This document shows positions 1 through 12,442 of a DNA stretch of 64,000 nt, piece after piece (position 1 is the first letter of the stretch; the number at the start of each line of letters is the position of its first letter). This stretch comes from Podospora anserina (taxonomy: Eukaryota). The stretch spans positions 2,542,001 through 2,606,000 of the forward strand of contig CM030333.1 of assembly GCA_017654855.1 (NCBI GenBank). The letters run 5' to 3'. Position numbers and translations under genes: made by a program. The notes beneath the pieces are model-generated. The model searched no databases and had not been told where the DNA came from. It saw nothing but the letters and a program-made list of their open reading frames with translations.

Positions 1-173
1 GGGAAAATGAACGTCGTGAATTCATATTACAAAACTTTTACCCTACACTTTCCTTGCGATACAAATCCCAACCCATTGACAAAGGAAATAACTCCCCCTC
101 CGCCGAAAAGTAAGTTAACGAACGTCTCTAGTTAGTCCAACCTGTCTCTCACTTTTTTTCTGCTATCCAGTCC

Positions 174-201
174 TTTTTTTTTTTTTTTTTTTTTTTTTTT
201 T
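174..201. repeat. poly(T) tract
   Basis: Run of ~28 T immediately past the stop of the minus-strand gene ending at 211. Confidence 0.9.
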
Positions 202-210
202 GCAGGTCAA

Positions 211-1089
211 TCAGTTACACGGAGCATCACACCTCCCGATATGATCCTTGTCGGGATTCAGACAAGTCCCTCCGCAACTGCAGAGCAGCTCGATCTTGTT
301 GCCCGCGGTGTCGGTCAGGCTGCAGGAGCTGCCGCCGCCTGCGCCGGCGACGGGGGCTTGTCTCTTTTTGTTGTTGAAGCCGCGGGGGTGGAGCTTGTTG
401 TTGTTGTTACCAAAACCGGAAAAGAGTGATCTGAAAAAGGAGGAATGGGAGGAGGAGCCGTCATCGGAGTTGGCGTAGGGGTTGGAGTTGGGGGAGATGT
501 TGGAGGTGAGGGACAAGGTGGTGGTGGAGTTGTCGGGGGGGACGCAGACGTAGAGGGCTTGGATGGGGTCGGTTTTGGTCTTGCCGTCGAGGCAGTTTTC
601 TTTGGAGGCGGAGCAGTAGGATTTTACTATGTCTGCTTCGGCGAAGCCTGGGAGATGGGGTGTTAGTGAGGGGGCAGGGACAGGGTGGAAAGTGGGCGGG
701 GTGGATGAAGGAGTGAGAATGTTTAAAGAAGTCGAGGGGGAAATCGTGCGTCTTTGTTTTCCCTGACTGGGCTGACCTAGGTTTTGAGAGAAGGAAAGAG
801 ACCTACCTTGATGATCCCTCAAGATATACCCACAATACGTAAACCCCTTCCCACAAACCGCCCCTTGACCAGTGGCGGCACCGCTGCCGCCGGAGGCCGC
901 AGGAGCAGATGTAGGTGCCGAAGTAGAAGACCACACCGTTCCTGTCGCCGCCGGAGGCGCGGGGATGCTCGACCACGGCACCGTAACAGACGTCGTCGAA
1001 GTCGGCGAGGGCAAAGGAAGAGGAGTATTATCCTGTGCCCGAGACAAAGAAGCGAACAGCAGTAAGACGAGTGACAACATCTTGGTCAT
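211..1089 (-). CDS. Secreted Cys-rich hypothetical protein with S/T/P-rich linker (2 exons, intron ~648-806)
   Basis: MTKMLSLVLLLFASLSRA signal peptide; CGKGFTYCGYIL...YC...C...YVC and C-terminal CSCGGTCLNP...CDAPC; in-frame GTAGGT...CAG intron; dibasic KKR site. Confidence 0.75.
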   Translation of the reverse strand: MTKMLSLVLLLFASLSRAQDNTPLPLPSPTSTTSVTVPWSSIPAPPAATGTVWSSTSAPTSAPAASGGSGAATGQGAVCGKGFTYCGYILRDHQGRSLSFSQNLGQPSQGKQRRTISPSTSLNILTPSSTPPTFHPVPAPSLTPHLPGFAEADIVKSYCSASKENCLDGKTKTDPIQALYVCVPPDNSTTTLSLTSNISPNSNPYANSDDGSSSHSSFFRSLFSGFGNNNNKLHPRGFNNKKRQAPVAGAGGGSSCSLTDTAGNKIELLCSCGGTCLNPDKDHIGRCDAPCN

Positions 1090-2449
1090 GGTGGCTGGCC
1101 TTGTTGAATGGGGTGATGACAGTAAAGATGAAAGAGACAGTGGGAGTGGTTCATGAACAGGCAGTATAAGAAAGAACCGAAAAAGAAAAATCGACAAGTC
1201 CTCGCGTGGTTTGAGGTGTTTATACTGGGTTTGTAACTCTTGATCAACTTGTCACCCGTAATCGATCTTGAAAAAGGTCGATGGCCTCTTCGATCTTGTA
1301 TCATCGTGCAGGCGTGTCTCCCCTCAACAGTCCAACATCGGCAAGCATATTTGCAAGTTGACCTTAACCCAACACTTCGCCACTATCAACCCCCCCTTTC
1401 CCCCAGCACATCTACTCGAATCCTCCGCATTGGGAGAGATGTAAAGTGTTATTACGTAGTATCCTGTCGCAGTATACCCTTGGCGTGCTCCCCCCTACGC
1501 AAGCAACCCCCCTCTCAACCACTGTGATAGCGTGATAGCAACATACCCCTCGGGAGCCCCGGTGAGAGTCTACAAAGTCCCCCCTGAGTGTACAAACATC
1601 AGCCTCGAGATTGATTCCGACAAATTCTTCTCGCAAAGGGTACCTGAGTCGGCCTTATCCGATCACTCACCTGAGAAGAACAATGATAACGGAGAATAAG
1701 TAAGACAAGGACTCGAGTGGTGTAACTTGGTAACAATACACACGGGGGATAGCATCTGAGCTGGACAAGTACCAATGAGGGGACCGAGTCAGGTAACCTG
1801 TCATAGACGTGCAGACAAGTTGGACAGGCAGGCCCGCGAGTCCAATCCGTCTCACCTGTAGCTCCGGTTTTGTGAGCTGTATCCCCCTTGGGCTGAGCTT
1901 GATGGAGTGATATGTGATGGCTCATCGGCACTCGGTGAAGGCAAGCCGTCTCGATATGTTGTTGTTTGGCACTTTGTCTGTTGGAACCTTGAATAACCGA
2001 TGAACACTTTTGTGATTGGATTATGACCATGTTTTATGTTTTGCTCTGTCTGATACAATATCGGATGGAAGCCAGAGTATCTCTGCCAAGGCTGAAGAGT
2101 GCTATACCACCACGAAGGACCAAACAAATGACAATACAATACAATAAGTAATAGTAATAGTATAAATAGTAAGTAAAAAAGCCCCAATTGCTCCTTTTCC
2201 CGATGATTTGCGCTCCCCCAGCCCCCAGTCCATTCTTTACCTTACCCGAAGTCTACCGAACATTGTAACCTCAAAAAATGCATCTCCCGGTCCATACTTC
2301 CTCCCCTGACTGGCCCTCATTGGCACAAATGCAAACCCCATCAATTTGCTCCCCTTTTCCAACACGTGTTCGACACTCTCGGCTCTTCTCTGACCAAAAC
2401 CACAGGGAATCAAACCGAAAAAAAAAGCCTACCTCCAGAAATGCATTTC

Positions 2450-2452
<3 letters not shown>

Positions 2453-2483
<31 letters not shown>
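2453..2483. repeat. poly(A) tract
   Basis: Run of ~31 A in intergenic DNA. Confidence 0.9.
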
Positions 2484-2487
<4 letters not shown>

Positions 2488-2756
2488 CTTTGACCAAGGC
2501 TCGGTTTGCTGACAATGACGCCGCTGAAAAGGTCTGGTCGAAAAAGCCAGACCTATGTGATAAATGTGTGTGATGTGAAATGTGAAAATGCCGATTCGAG
2601 TCGATATAAAAAAGGGTATTGTTTCTTCTTCTTCAATGATGGCTGGTCTTGCATCGTGGCGTTGGTCATTTGGCGTTTTCAGCTTTGTTTCTGCTGATGA
2701 TCGCCTGGAGAGCACTCAAGGAGCAGATAGTGTACAATACACGCCTGTTCATGTGT

Positions 2757-3944
2757 TTAGACGGACTGGTAGAGCAGCAATGGCTCCCCGACATTGCTGA
2801 TTTCAGGAATGGTGCACTTCAGATCAAAAGCTTTGGAGAGCACAATCTTGAAGATCTGCAAACGAAGAGGGTCAGACATGATACAACTCAAAAAGGCCAA
2901 AGAGCACAAGGGACGGGTATACCTTTTGAACGTTGATACTGTGACTTGTGCTGCTAAAGATCAATGCAGCACGCATGGCCTTTGCAAAACGACGGGCCTA
3001 GCACACGTTGGTCAGTCGGGAGCAACAATATGTAATCTACCAGAAGCAGGTCATACCTGAGTCGATATCTCCTCCTGCTCTTCGCGTGACAAGTTCACAA
3101 AGTGGTCGTACTTTGTGCCCACGAGAACAGGGATGGCCGTCTTGTTGAAGCCGCGTCCCTGGCGATACCACTCCTTGATGCTGTTCAACGTGCTCTTGCG
3201 AGTCAAATCAAACATGAACAGGATGGCCACGGCATCATTGCACACCAGTGGCAGCATGTTGACAAATTCGCGCTGACCACCCAAATCCCAGATGCTGAAG
3301 GTAATCTCGGTGTTTCGGATGCTGATTGTCTTTTCCATAAAGTTGACACCCAGAGTCTGGATGTAGTCCTCGTCCCAGGACCCCTCGACGTATTTGACCA
3401 TGAGACTTGTCTTGCCAATCTGGGCATCGCCAACCATGCCAACCTTGATGACCACGTGGTTGCGGCCATTATTCTGCACATCACCGGCCACCCCTTGTCC
3501 ATTGCTGCTGCTGGCAGTTGGCGCTTGTCCCGAGAGGCCGGATGGGGGTCGAGAAAGGGAAGGTTGCTGCAATGGCTGGTTTCCGTACCGAGCGGTCGAG
3601 TCGGGATCGGTGTTGTCATTCACATGGGGCGAGTTGGCAATTCCGAGACCATGTTGTTCGCCAGAGGATGACTGAGCATGGTGTCGATCGTGGAAGCCAT
3701 TGAGATCTGAGGCGCCATAGTCGTTTGTAGGCTGAACTGTGTCCTCCATTCCGACCATAGAGTCATCCTGCAGCTCGACTGGGGCTTGGTTGTAGGTAGG
3801 GGTGGGAGTCAGAGCAGAGTCTGAGTAAGGGTGAGCGGCAGCATGATCTTGCTCCATGGTGTTGGGGTCGGCGATGGGGAATTGAGCTGGGGATCCCTCG
3901 GGCTGGTTGGAGGGTTCCTGGTAGAAGGCGGTAGGGGGGTTCAT
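2757..3944 (-). CDS. SPG1: Septum-promoting Ras-family GTPase Spg1/Tem1 (3 exons)
   Basis: GDAQIGKT P-loop, [22 protein letters not shown]. Spliced continuation [25 protein letters not shown] / [32 protein letters not shown]. Confidence 0.93.
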
Positions 3945-5607
3945 GATTAGTCGCGCTGTGGCGGTCGGTAGTCGGTCGAGCGCTTAGACTAGACGGACAA
4001 GCCCTAGAGTATAGCAGTCGATCGGGGCGGATGTCGTTGAAGAAGACAAATGTGGCGGTCGGTGGTCGGCAGTTGGTAGTCCAATGCTAGGCCAGCGACG
4101 AGTTCATGGAGACGCAAAAAACAGAGAGCTGAGGGAAGCGTGGTAGAGGTAAGCTGGGTAGACTAGCTTGGTCGGGGATGCTATAGAACCAAAACCAAAG
4201 AAGCCAGGGACCGTGTTCGTCTCAACTCTCAAACAGCAGTCACAGTCGGTGGTGGAAGAGTGGGAAGATGGGCGTTCGCAGCGAAGCAACCAGGGCAGGA
4301 TGCAGGTCGCAAGTACGTGCGGGCGGGTGGACGGTGCGGTGCTGCAGTGCGGAGCCGGATCGGATCGTCAGGCTAGGTATCGTGGAACCCAGGCTGTCGG
4401 CGCGCCTGGCCAAGGAAGCAGACGACAGGCAGAAAGTCAACCTGGAGGAGGAGGAACAGATAGATGCCCACTGATGTGAATGGAGGTTGCTGGATCGTGG
4501 GGAAATGTGGGAATGAGTGCAGTAGCCGGTACCTTAACTGCCTTGACTCCTGCAGGACAGAGCAAGGGGAGGTTCAGAGGGGAACCAAATCGAAACTCAC
4601 CCACTGTGGTGCAAAAGGCCAAGCGCGCGAACTGACGGTTACCCACCACGGCCCTGTTCCGACTCCCGATCCCCGACTCGACTGTCCACTCAGCTAGCGT
4701 TTTCAATTAATTGAGCCCAGCACACGTCACTGCTTCTGGCCAGGACCAGGACGCGCTGCTCGACACGCGACGCGATTTGACGCTTTCTTTCTTTTCTTTC
4801 TCTCTTAGAGAGTCCTATGTAGTGATGATCATGATTGCCTTTTCAGGGGAGATGTCCCCAATGTAAACAATCAACAAAACCACTCCAATAGAGCAGCAAC
4901 CATTGAAACGCTTTGCCTTGCTTTGTTATCAAATCTCCAGGCCGCCTCCTTAAACGCGGGGTCAAGGTTCAGTTTGTTTGGTTCCCCTCATCGGCCCAGA
5001 GCATTGGATGGAGGATCTAGCCACACGCCTTCTTGCTGCATATCTGCCTGCCAAGCGCCTTTCAACACAGGTACCTTAACTTTGACATGAGGTAGGCAGG
5101 TCTAGAAAGGTATAAATGAGGCTCCGATTCCATCATCTCTTGACCTCAACCGCCATTTGCTCTAAAATAAGCGCCGGCATAAGCGCACCTGAACAGAGGC
5201 CTACTCCCTGAATGGCATGACCTTCAACCAAAACATACTTCAAGACTGAAACCTTTCACTCCAATTTACCTGACCTTGACCTTGTCGCATTCAATTCAAA
5301 AAACCAAGAAGCATCAAGTCGCGTGTTGAAGATGACCTCATCTGGAGATTCCAACTCCACCATCAGCAGACAGAGCTCCGCGCTTATTATGTAAGACAAG
5401 CTCGGTAGCTCGGTTCCCTGCTGCTGCGTTTGACTGGCCGCCCGGCAGCTGGCCGGCAACCACCGGCCCAATCACCGGGACTGGCTTCCGACAATCGCAG
5501 TGGTACTCCGTCCCGTCTCTTTATCGGTAGGTAGCGTCATTCGATTTATCTCTGGGTTCTCGACAACCTCACTCACCCTTCGCTTCATTCCAGCTGTACA
5601 ACTCAAA

Positions 5608-6194
5608 ATGGCCTCCATTGCCCGGTGCCTAAGGGCTGCTCGCCCATCAGCCTTCGCTGCCGTGAGGAGCTCTGCTTCCCGCACCGTTGCTGCCCGCCCA
5701 TTTTCCGTCACCGCATCCAGTGAGAGAACCCCTCCAAAACCTCGGCCCTGAGTTTGCGACGGGCCTTACTAACCACCAGACCCCCTCTAGACGAGATCAG
5801 GAAATACACCAAGGAGCACGAATGGATTGACCTCGCCGCCGACAAGAAGACCGGCGTCATCGGCATCAGCGAGTACGCCGCCAAGGCCCTCGGTGACCTC
5901 GTCTACGTCGAGCTCCCAGAGGAGGGCAGGACCGTCAACAAGGGCGACGCTATCGGTGCCGTCGAGTCGGTCAAGAGTGCCGCCGACATCAACGCCCCCG
6001 TGAGCTGCAAGATCACCCAGATCAATCTCGTGCTCGAGGAGAAGCCTGGCAACCTCAACCAGGTCCCTGAGGATGACTCCCACGGCGGCGGCTGGATCGC
6101 CAAGGTCCAGGTTGACGAGCAGGGCCTCCAGGACTTTGAGACCCTGATGGACTCTGAGCAGTACAACGAGTTTACTGCCAACGAGGACCACTAA
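5608..6194 (+). CDS. GCV3: Glycine cleavage system H protein, mitochondrial (intron ~5720-5790)
   Basis: Arg/Ala/Ser-rich presequence MASIARCLRAARPS; YTKEHEWI, lipoyl-lysine motif VESVKSAADINAPVS, GGWIAK. Confidence 0.95.
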
Positions 6195-6663
6195 GCAGAG
6201 ACATGACCTGAAGAAGGGGAGAGAGAGACGCTGAGAGGGGCGGGAGGCCTGGCAGCGAGGTGCTCTCTCAGGGGTGTACGGTAAATTGGTTTTTTTTCAA
6301 ATTCCGGACAGTTCAACCTGATAAATACACAAGGGGCCCAAAGAAAGGATCTGTACCATACGGGACATGGGAAATACCGGGGCAAAAGGGTGTTTTGATT
6401 TTTATGGGTGCGCATCTTGACTTTGATGACAAGAGGATTCACGACAGAGAAGAGTCAGCATTGCAATGGCGCAAACATTGTGCCATTTCAGATACCCGTC
6501 GAGGGCCAGGCAGAGAGCACTCAACGGCTGATTATAGAAACCAAGCATGATCCGACAGTTGGAGTGGAAACACCGTGAGATTTATCATTGTGAAGCATAA
6601 GCAAGCCCTGTCGCTATTCTATTTTTTGATCCGCCCAAAAACACAACCCATCACGACGAGCAC

Positions 6664-7689
6664 CTAAGCATCGCTGACCTTGAGCGCACCCGGCGCCGAT
6701 TCACGAAGCTTGTTGATAGCATCAAGAATCTCCTGAGCACCCTCCCTGGCCAGCTTCTCAGCCAAGCTCTTCCCAAGAGCCTCGGCCTCCTCCAAATTCG
6801 CAATCTTCTCTGTCCTCTCCCCATCCACAGCCTTTTTGCCATCCAGGCTGACAACCGCAACCTTCAACCTCAGCTTCTTCTCCCCCTCATCCTCAACCCA
6901 CTTCGTCTCAACCCCAATCGGCACCGAGCACCCGCCCTCCAACGTCCTCATCACACTTCTCTCCGCAAATGCCGCCATCATAGTATCCTCATCCACCGCA
7001 GCTTTGATCAACTCGGCAATCTTCTCATCCCCCTCCCTAATCTCCAACCCCAACGCCCCCTGGCCCACAGCATGCAACAACCCCCCTCCCTCCGTCGAGC
7101 TCTCCAGATACTGCCCAATCCTCTCATCATACCCCAACCTCAACAACCCCGCCGCCGCCAAAATAATAGCATCATACCCCCCATTCTCATCATCACACTT
7201 TGCCAACCTAGTATCAATGTTCCCCCTCACATCCCTAAAAACCAACCCCTTATAGCTCCTCTTGAGCTGCGCCGCCCTCCTCACACTGCTAGTCCCCACC
7301 ACCGACCCCTCAGGCAGGTCCTTCAGCGCCTTATATTCCCCCCCCTGACGCCTCGGAAAAACAACCACATCCCTCGCATCCTCCCTCTGCGTAACCGCCC
7401 CGAGAACACACCCCTCCGGCAAGCTCGTCGGCATGTCCTTGAGCGAGTGCACAATAACATCCACCTCCTTGTTCACCAGCTTCGCCTCCAATTCACTAGT
7501 CCACAAACCCTTCCCCAGCGACGGCAAAGGGGTAGTCTTGTCCCTGTCCCCCATGGTAGCCATGGAGTGAACCTCAAACTTGACCGACGGACCGGCCGCC
7601 TTTGAGAGCGCGGCGATGACGAGGTCGGTCTGGGCCAGCGCGAGGGCCGAGCGGCGGGTGCCGATCTTGACGGTGTATTCTTCGGTCAT
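6664..7689 (-). CDS. HEM3: Porphobilinogen deaminase (hydroxymethylbilane synthase)
   Basis: IGTRRSALALAQT, VHSLKDMPT, GTSSVRR, RGNIDTRLAK, LEGGCSVPIG motifs; likely start MTEEYTVK. Confidence 0.96.
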   Translation of the reverse strand: MTEEYTVKIGTRRSALALAQTDLVIAALSKAAGPSVKFEVHSMATMGDRDKTTPLPSLGKGLWTSELEAKLVNKEVDVIVHSLKDMPTSLPEGCVLGAVTQREDARDVVVFPRRQGGEYKALKDLPEGSVVGTSSVRRAAQLKRSYKGLVFRDVRGNIDTRLAKCDDENGGYDAIILAAAGLLRLGYDERIGQYLESSTEGGGLLHAVGQGALGLEIREGDEKIAELIKAAVDEDTMMAAFAERSVMRTLEGGCSVPIGVETKWVEDEGEKKLRLKVAVVSLDGKKAVDGERTEKIANLEEAEALGKSLAEKLAREGAQEILDAINKLRESAPGALKVSDA

Positions 7690-8276
7690 TGTTGTATCGT
7701 TTCTCGTTACTATCGTGTTGCTGCTGGCTTTGTGAAATTCGAAAAAAGGAATTTGACTTTCGAGGACCCTGGATTTTTCTCGTGTTTCAATCCCGCTCAA
7801 AGACGACAGTTATACTTTCTCGACAAAACCGGCGCAATGGGTGAATGCAGATGCAAGCAAATTAACCAGCAGCAGGAGACGAAGCGTCCGATGAATCACA
7901 CCCTGCTTCGGCCGAGGGACAAGTTGACTTGCAGGAAGTTTTGGAGTCGCTACAGCGGGGTAGATTTGTCAATTGTTGACAGGAGTCCGCTGTTTGAAAC
8001 CGCTGCGGGGGTGGGGTCATTGCCTCATAGTGCCCCCTCAACACCAAGCAAGACACCTTCCTCTCACCCAGACAAGCATCACAAAAGGCGTCACCCAACC
8101 CCAGAAGCAAAAGATATCTGTAATCACAAACACTACAATTCTATCCCTACTCGTCCATTGCTAGGATTTCATTAGCGATTACCACATCATCCGTCTCATC
8201 CAGCCAAAGCTTGTCTCTAGGATTCATCATCATCATCCAACCTCTTTCCTCCCCCATTCCCCTTTTTTCCACGACT

Positions 8277-10364
8277 TTACTTCCCATTTCCATTCTCCTT
8301 CCGATTACTCCCCCGACTGCTCCCCCGAATAGTCTTCCTATCATCCTCCAAAAAGTGCTCCAACAACTGATGCGCCCTCTGGCCCACTTTGGCATCCTCC
8401 GCCAGCAAATGCTCCGGCGCCCTCCTCTTCCCAGGGGCAGGAGAAGCAACCCTCTCATCCTCCCCAATCACATGCTCCTTCACCCTCAACTGATCAGCCC
8501 AACTCTCCATAACCCGCACATCATGCCCCATCTCGTGCCCCCTCACTGGAGAAGGCGCAGGACTCTTGACCTGAAGCTCGGCACGTAAATCATGCTGTTG
8601 ATACTCCCGCCCCGGGCTCGGTGTCAAAACCTTCCGATCCTGACTCAGATCATGCTCAACATTCAGCCTCTGCAGCTCCGGCACAGGCACCTTCTCTTCA
8701 AGATGAATCCCATGAGCAAAAGCCCTCGAAGTCGGAGTCGGCACCCAGCTGTCTCTGGAAATGGTGTGCTCCCTGGCCTTGTGAACCGGTGAATCAACCC
8801 TCTGGTCCCCTCCAAGCCCATGCTCCTTCAGATCCAACCCCTTATCACCAACCTTGACATCCTCCTTCAAACCATGCTCTCCCTCTACCCTCTCAACCTC
8901 GGCCGCCTCCTCCAAATCAACATCAACAATCTCATCCTCCCTCAAACTATGCCCTCTCGGCCTCTCCTCCCGTACCCCAACCTTAGGATCAAGACCAAAG
9001 CTGTGCTCCCGAGCCCGAGCAGCAATCTCCTGAACCCTGATATCAGCCTCAATGAGATGATCCCTCGGATCAATAACCAACTGCACAACCTTCGGATCCT
9101 GCCCAAGAGAATGCCTCTGGACACTCTCCCTCCGATCCGGCACCCGAATGTCAATACTAAGACTGTGATTCCTCGACGAGTGATTACTATGAGGAACCTC
9201 AACATCAGCACTGATGCCATGATCCGTCACAGTAGCCCTCCTCAACCTCGCCGGCGTCCCCGGTTCAGAAACAAACACCTCCCCGGGCTGAATCTGCACC
9301 ACCCCCCGGTTAGGTGAGTTCCTGTCCATCCCCGCCAAAATATTCGTAGCCTGTTGAACCAGCTGTGTCGCCTGCTCGAGCCCCTCTTCCACCGGCAAAA
9401 CAATCACCTTTTTCTTCTCCCCACAATTACCACAGACAGCATGACCCTTCCCAGGCAGCGTCGACCCCCCCCTCTTCCCCCTCTTTCCCTTCCTCCCCTT
9501 CTTCGACTCACAAGCACAAAACCTCTCCCCCTTCTCATCCCTCCCCTTCTGCAACCAAAACCCCAACTCCCCCTCCTCATTCTCCCCCCCTCTACATCTC
9601 CCCCCCTCCTCCGTACTATCCCTCTCAGTTATCGGCGTCAAAGCCTCATTCCTCCTCGCAAACGGATCCAACGGACTCCCCACATTCGGAATCTCAGGCA
9701 ACTGCTCCCTCGGAAAAAGCGCCACCTCCCTCTGCCCGTTCTCCCCCCTCTCTTCATCAACATGAGAATGAGAAGCACTCATCCTCGGCTCAGCCCTATA
9801 CCCTTGCATAACCGGTGCCATGGTATACAAAGCTCTAAACCCCTCCGGCCCCTCCCCAATCGGCACCGGCCCAGTCTGCTGCATCATAATAACCCTATCC
9901 CTCAGCTCCTCCCTCTTCTTGACCTCCAACTCGTTCCTGATCAGCGAGCACGGCTGGCAAAAGATGCCTTGGGCAATGTCGTCAGAGTATTTGCCTTGGA
10001 TGCCGTAGGTTTTGCGGATGTGGTGGGTTTGTTTGCCTACGTAGACTCCGCTGCCGATGCCTTTTGTTCATTCATTAGTGGAAAAAATGACTGGTTGAGA
10101 TAAGGGGGCGGGGGGCTCACTGAGGGTGAAGGTGCAGAGGAGGCAGCAGTTCCAGCATTTCTCGTTGCAGCGTTTGTATTTCTTCATGTCGAGGGGGTCG
10201 TCATTGTGGGCTGCGCGGTTGAGGCGGTAGTTGTTTCTGCCGAACTGGTCAAAGCCGATGAAGCAGGAGCGGGGGCAGAGGCCGCCTTTGCCTGGTTCGC
10301 AGAGGCCGGCTTGCCAGGTGTTGGTTGGGTGGCGGTGGATGGGGGTGCGGCAGTGGTGAGCCAT
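8277..10364 (-). CDS. PLAC8-family Cys-rich domain protein with long repetitive C-terminal extension (intron 10061-10120)
   Basis: Exon 1 WQAGLC...FGRNNYRL...CNEKCWNCCLLC splices in frame (GTGAGC...CTAAT...AAG) to IRKTYGIQGKYSDDIAQGIFCQPCSLIRNELEV, a PLAC8-type pattern, then continues into the 550-aa ORF. Confidence 0.75.
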
Positions 10365-10494
10365 GGTGGTTAAGACTGATTGCTAAAGGAAACGTTTGTC
10401 TTGGGAATTAGAAAAAGAAAGATTTGGTCGTAAAGAACTGTGGGGGGTTAATCTCTGTAATGATACCGTGGGATGGGGAGGTTAGGGGTGGATG

Positions 10495-10522
10495 TGATGA
10501 TGATGATGATGATGATGATGAT
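10495..10522. repeat. (GAT)n microsatellite
   Basis: About 9 tandem GAT units. Confidence 0.85.
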
Positions 10523-12442
10523 GGTGATGGTGGTGAGACGACTGTGGTGGTTTTGGGAGAACAAGAAGAGAGGAGATGGCGTCCATTGCTGGGGAATTTT
10601 GGTTGTCTGTTGGACTGTGCTGGGTTCCTTCCTAGCTACCTAGCTGGGAAAGAGTGGTGAGGTGATGAAGGGCTCTTGCTGATGATATCTGTCGGTCTGT
10701 GAGTTCCACGGTGCCGACGGTGAGGTCAATGCGGATGTGGCAGGTGCTTGTCGAAGTGATGGCTCCGCCTTGCAAGAGCCTCCTACCTTGTTCTGACGTC
10801 TTTCTTTTTGATAGTATCCTCAGCACCTGCAGGGACCGATTGGTTGCTTCCAGACTGCTGGTAACTTCAAAGTTGTCAGGGAAGTTGCGGGTGGATCAAG
10901 GTATAAGAAAGCAGGAGTCTGATATTGAACGCTGGCTATGCTATTGAAAGTTTGAGCTGCCTTGAGAAGGCGGCTTGTCATTAAGCTTCTGAGCTTGCTA
11001 TTCTCACCATCAGCCCAAGTCCAATATCCCAAAATGATCCAACTTACACTTCAGGTCGAGTCATCATCTCTCACCACTGCTCTCACTGTTGATCTTGCCC
11101 GAGGCCTTCTTCAATTCACTCTCCCGGGCGTACCCCGCCAATACTTCATCCGCATAGTCGTCTGGCTTCAAAAGGACCAAAGTGACAGGCAGGAGTATTG
11201 CAAGTTCTCCAAGCCGCCTGGACGAGGAGCGAGCGGGTCCGTCAAGGTAAGCATTGGGATCTCACCGGCTTGAAGAATCATTCGGGCACACACGACATAT
11301 CGTCATCTTCGGCACTAGTGGATCTATGAGCACATCTTCTCTGAACAAAAGGATGAGACAGTTGAGCTGGGATGGGCCGCCTGCAAGCCATGTACCAGCG
11401 CGAGCGAGCGACAGAAGCTTGTGTCCACATCGTTGGTGTGTTGGGAAACTTCAGATGAAAGCTATGCCAGAGCAAAAGCAGCGTCTCCCCTCGCCAGCAG
11501 CTCGCCAATTGAGTGACCAATTGAATGCCCAACCAGAGGGTCGCCTTCAACCCTCCCTTGCAATCATCTGCGGTGGCCCAAGCCTTCCAATGGATTCTGA
11601 TCTATGACTATTTCCCAACTGCACCTCAGGAATAATGTTCATGGAGGCTTGACATTGAACGACGAACCAGCCAAGACCCTAAGGCCGTCTCGGGGAAAGC
11701 TCCAAGCGGGGACAGTGGATCCCGGCACTGTTTGACGTCTTTATACAGGGGGGTTCATTGCTGGCCATGGTGGAGCTGGCAATTGAGGTTCTCGATGATA
11801 GGTACTTGACATCTACTCAAGAGAAGCTCATTGTTGGTAGATAGCTAATTGGTCTGCGAGGCGATGTGTCTGATAGACTGCCAAGTAACTTTCCTTGTCT
11901 AATAGCCGTGATTTTATGTGTACCAGCTAGGTTGTATGTTTCTGACCTGCTACACTTGCTCGGTGACAAGCTTTGAAACCCTTCAACTATCTATCCTATG
12001 AAATGCACCATCATGTCTTGAGCCCCAAGTTCCCAACAGCCACATCTGGAGAGGCTTGCTTGTTATAGCCTGTCGTTGTTTTCCTTTAAAGGCCTGCCAA
12101 GCAGCATGGTTGGGTGGGGCTCTCTGAACCCCGCGATAAGTAACTTGACCCCACCACCAATCAAGCATGACGCCTCCTCCTCCATAACATCGAAGCTGCC
12201 TAATCAAGACTTTCCCAAGCTTCCTGTCTGTAAAGCTTCCATTGCATGGGAAGTGGCGCTCTAAAATTTAACCTTGATTGTGACCGCCTCAGTTTTGTCA
12301 TAAAGCTCGCCTTCGTCTTTTTTCCTCACAGATTTGTCAGTTCCTGGCCTCTCTCTCTTCTTCCTCCTCCCACCACAGCTAACTCCGAGAAGCCATCTCG
12401 CATCAATACTGCATCACAACCGCCATACTATAGCAAGTCACC

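Noticed and set aside
1412..2187. Several overlapping minus-strand ORFs with splice-like signals
   Set aside because: No recognisable motifs and no coherent spliced model; may be UTR or intergenic.
5608..7689. GCV3 and HEM3 adjacent (glycine/heme link) as a metabolic cluster
   Set aside because: Convergent housekeeping genes with no shared promoter; adjacency alone is not evidence.
8211..10103. Long plus-strand Pro/Leu-rich ORFs
   Set aside because: Antisense shadows of the G-rich minus-strand PLAC8 gene.
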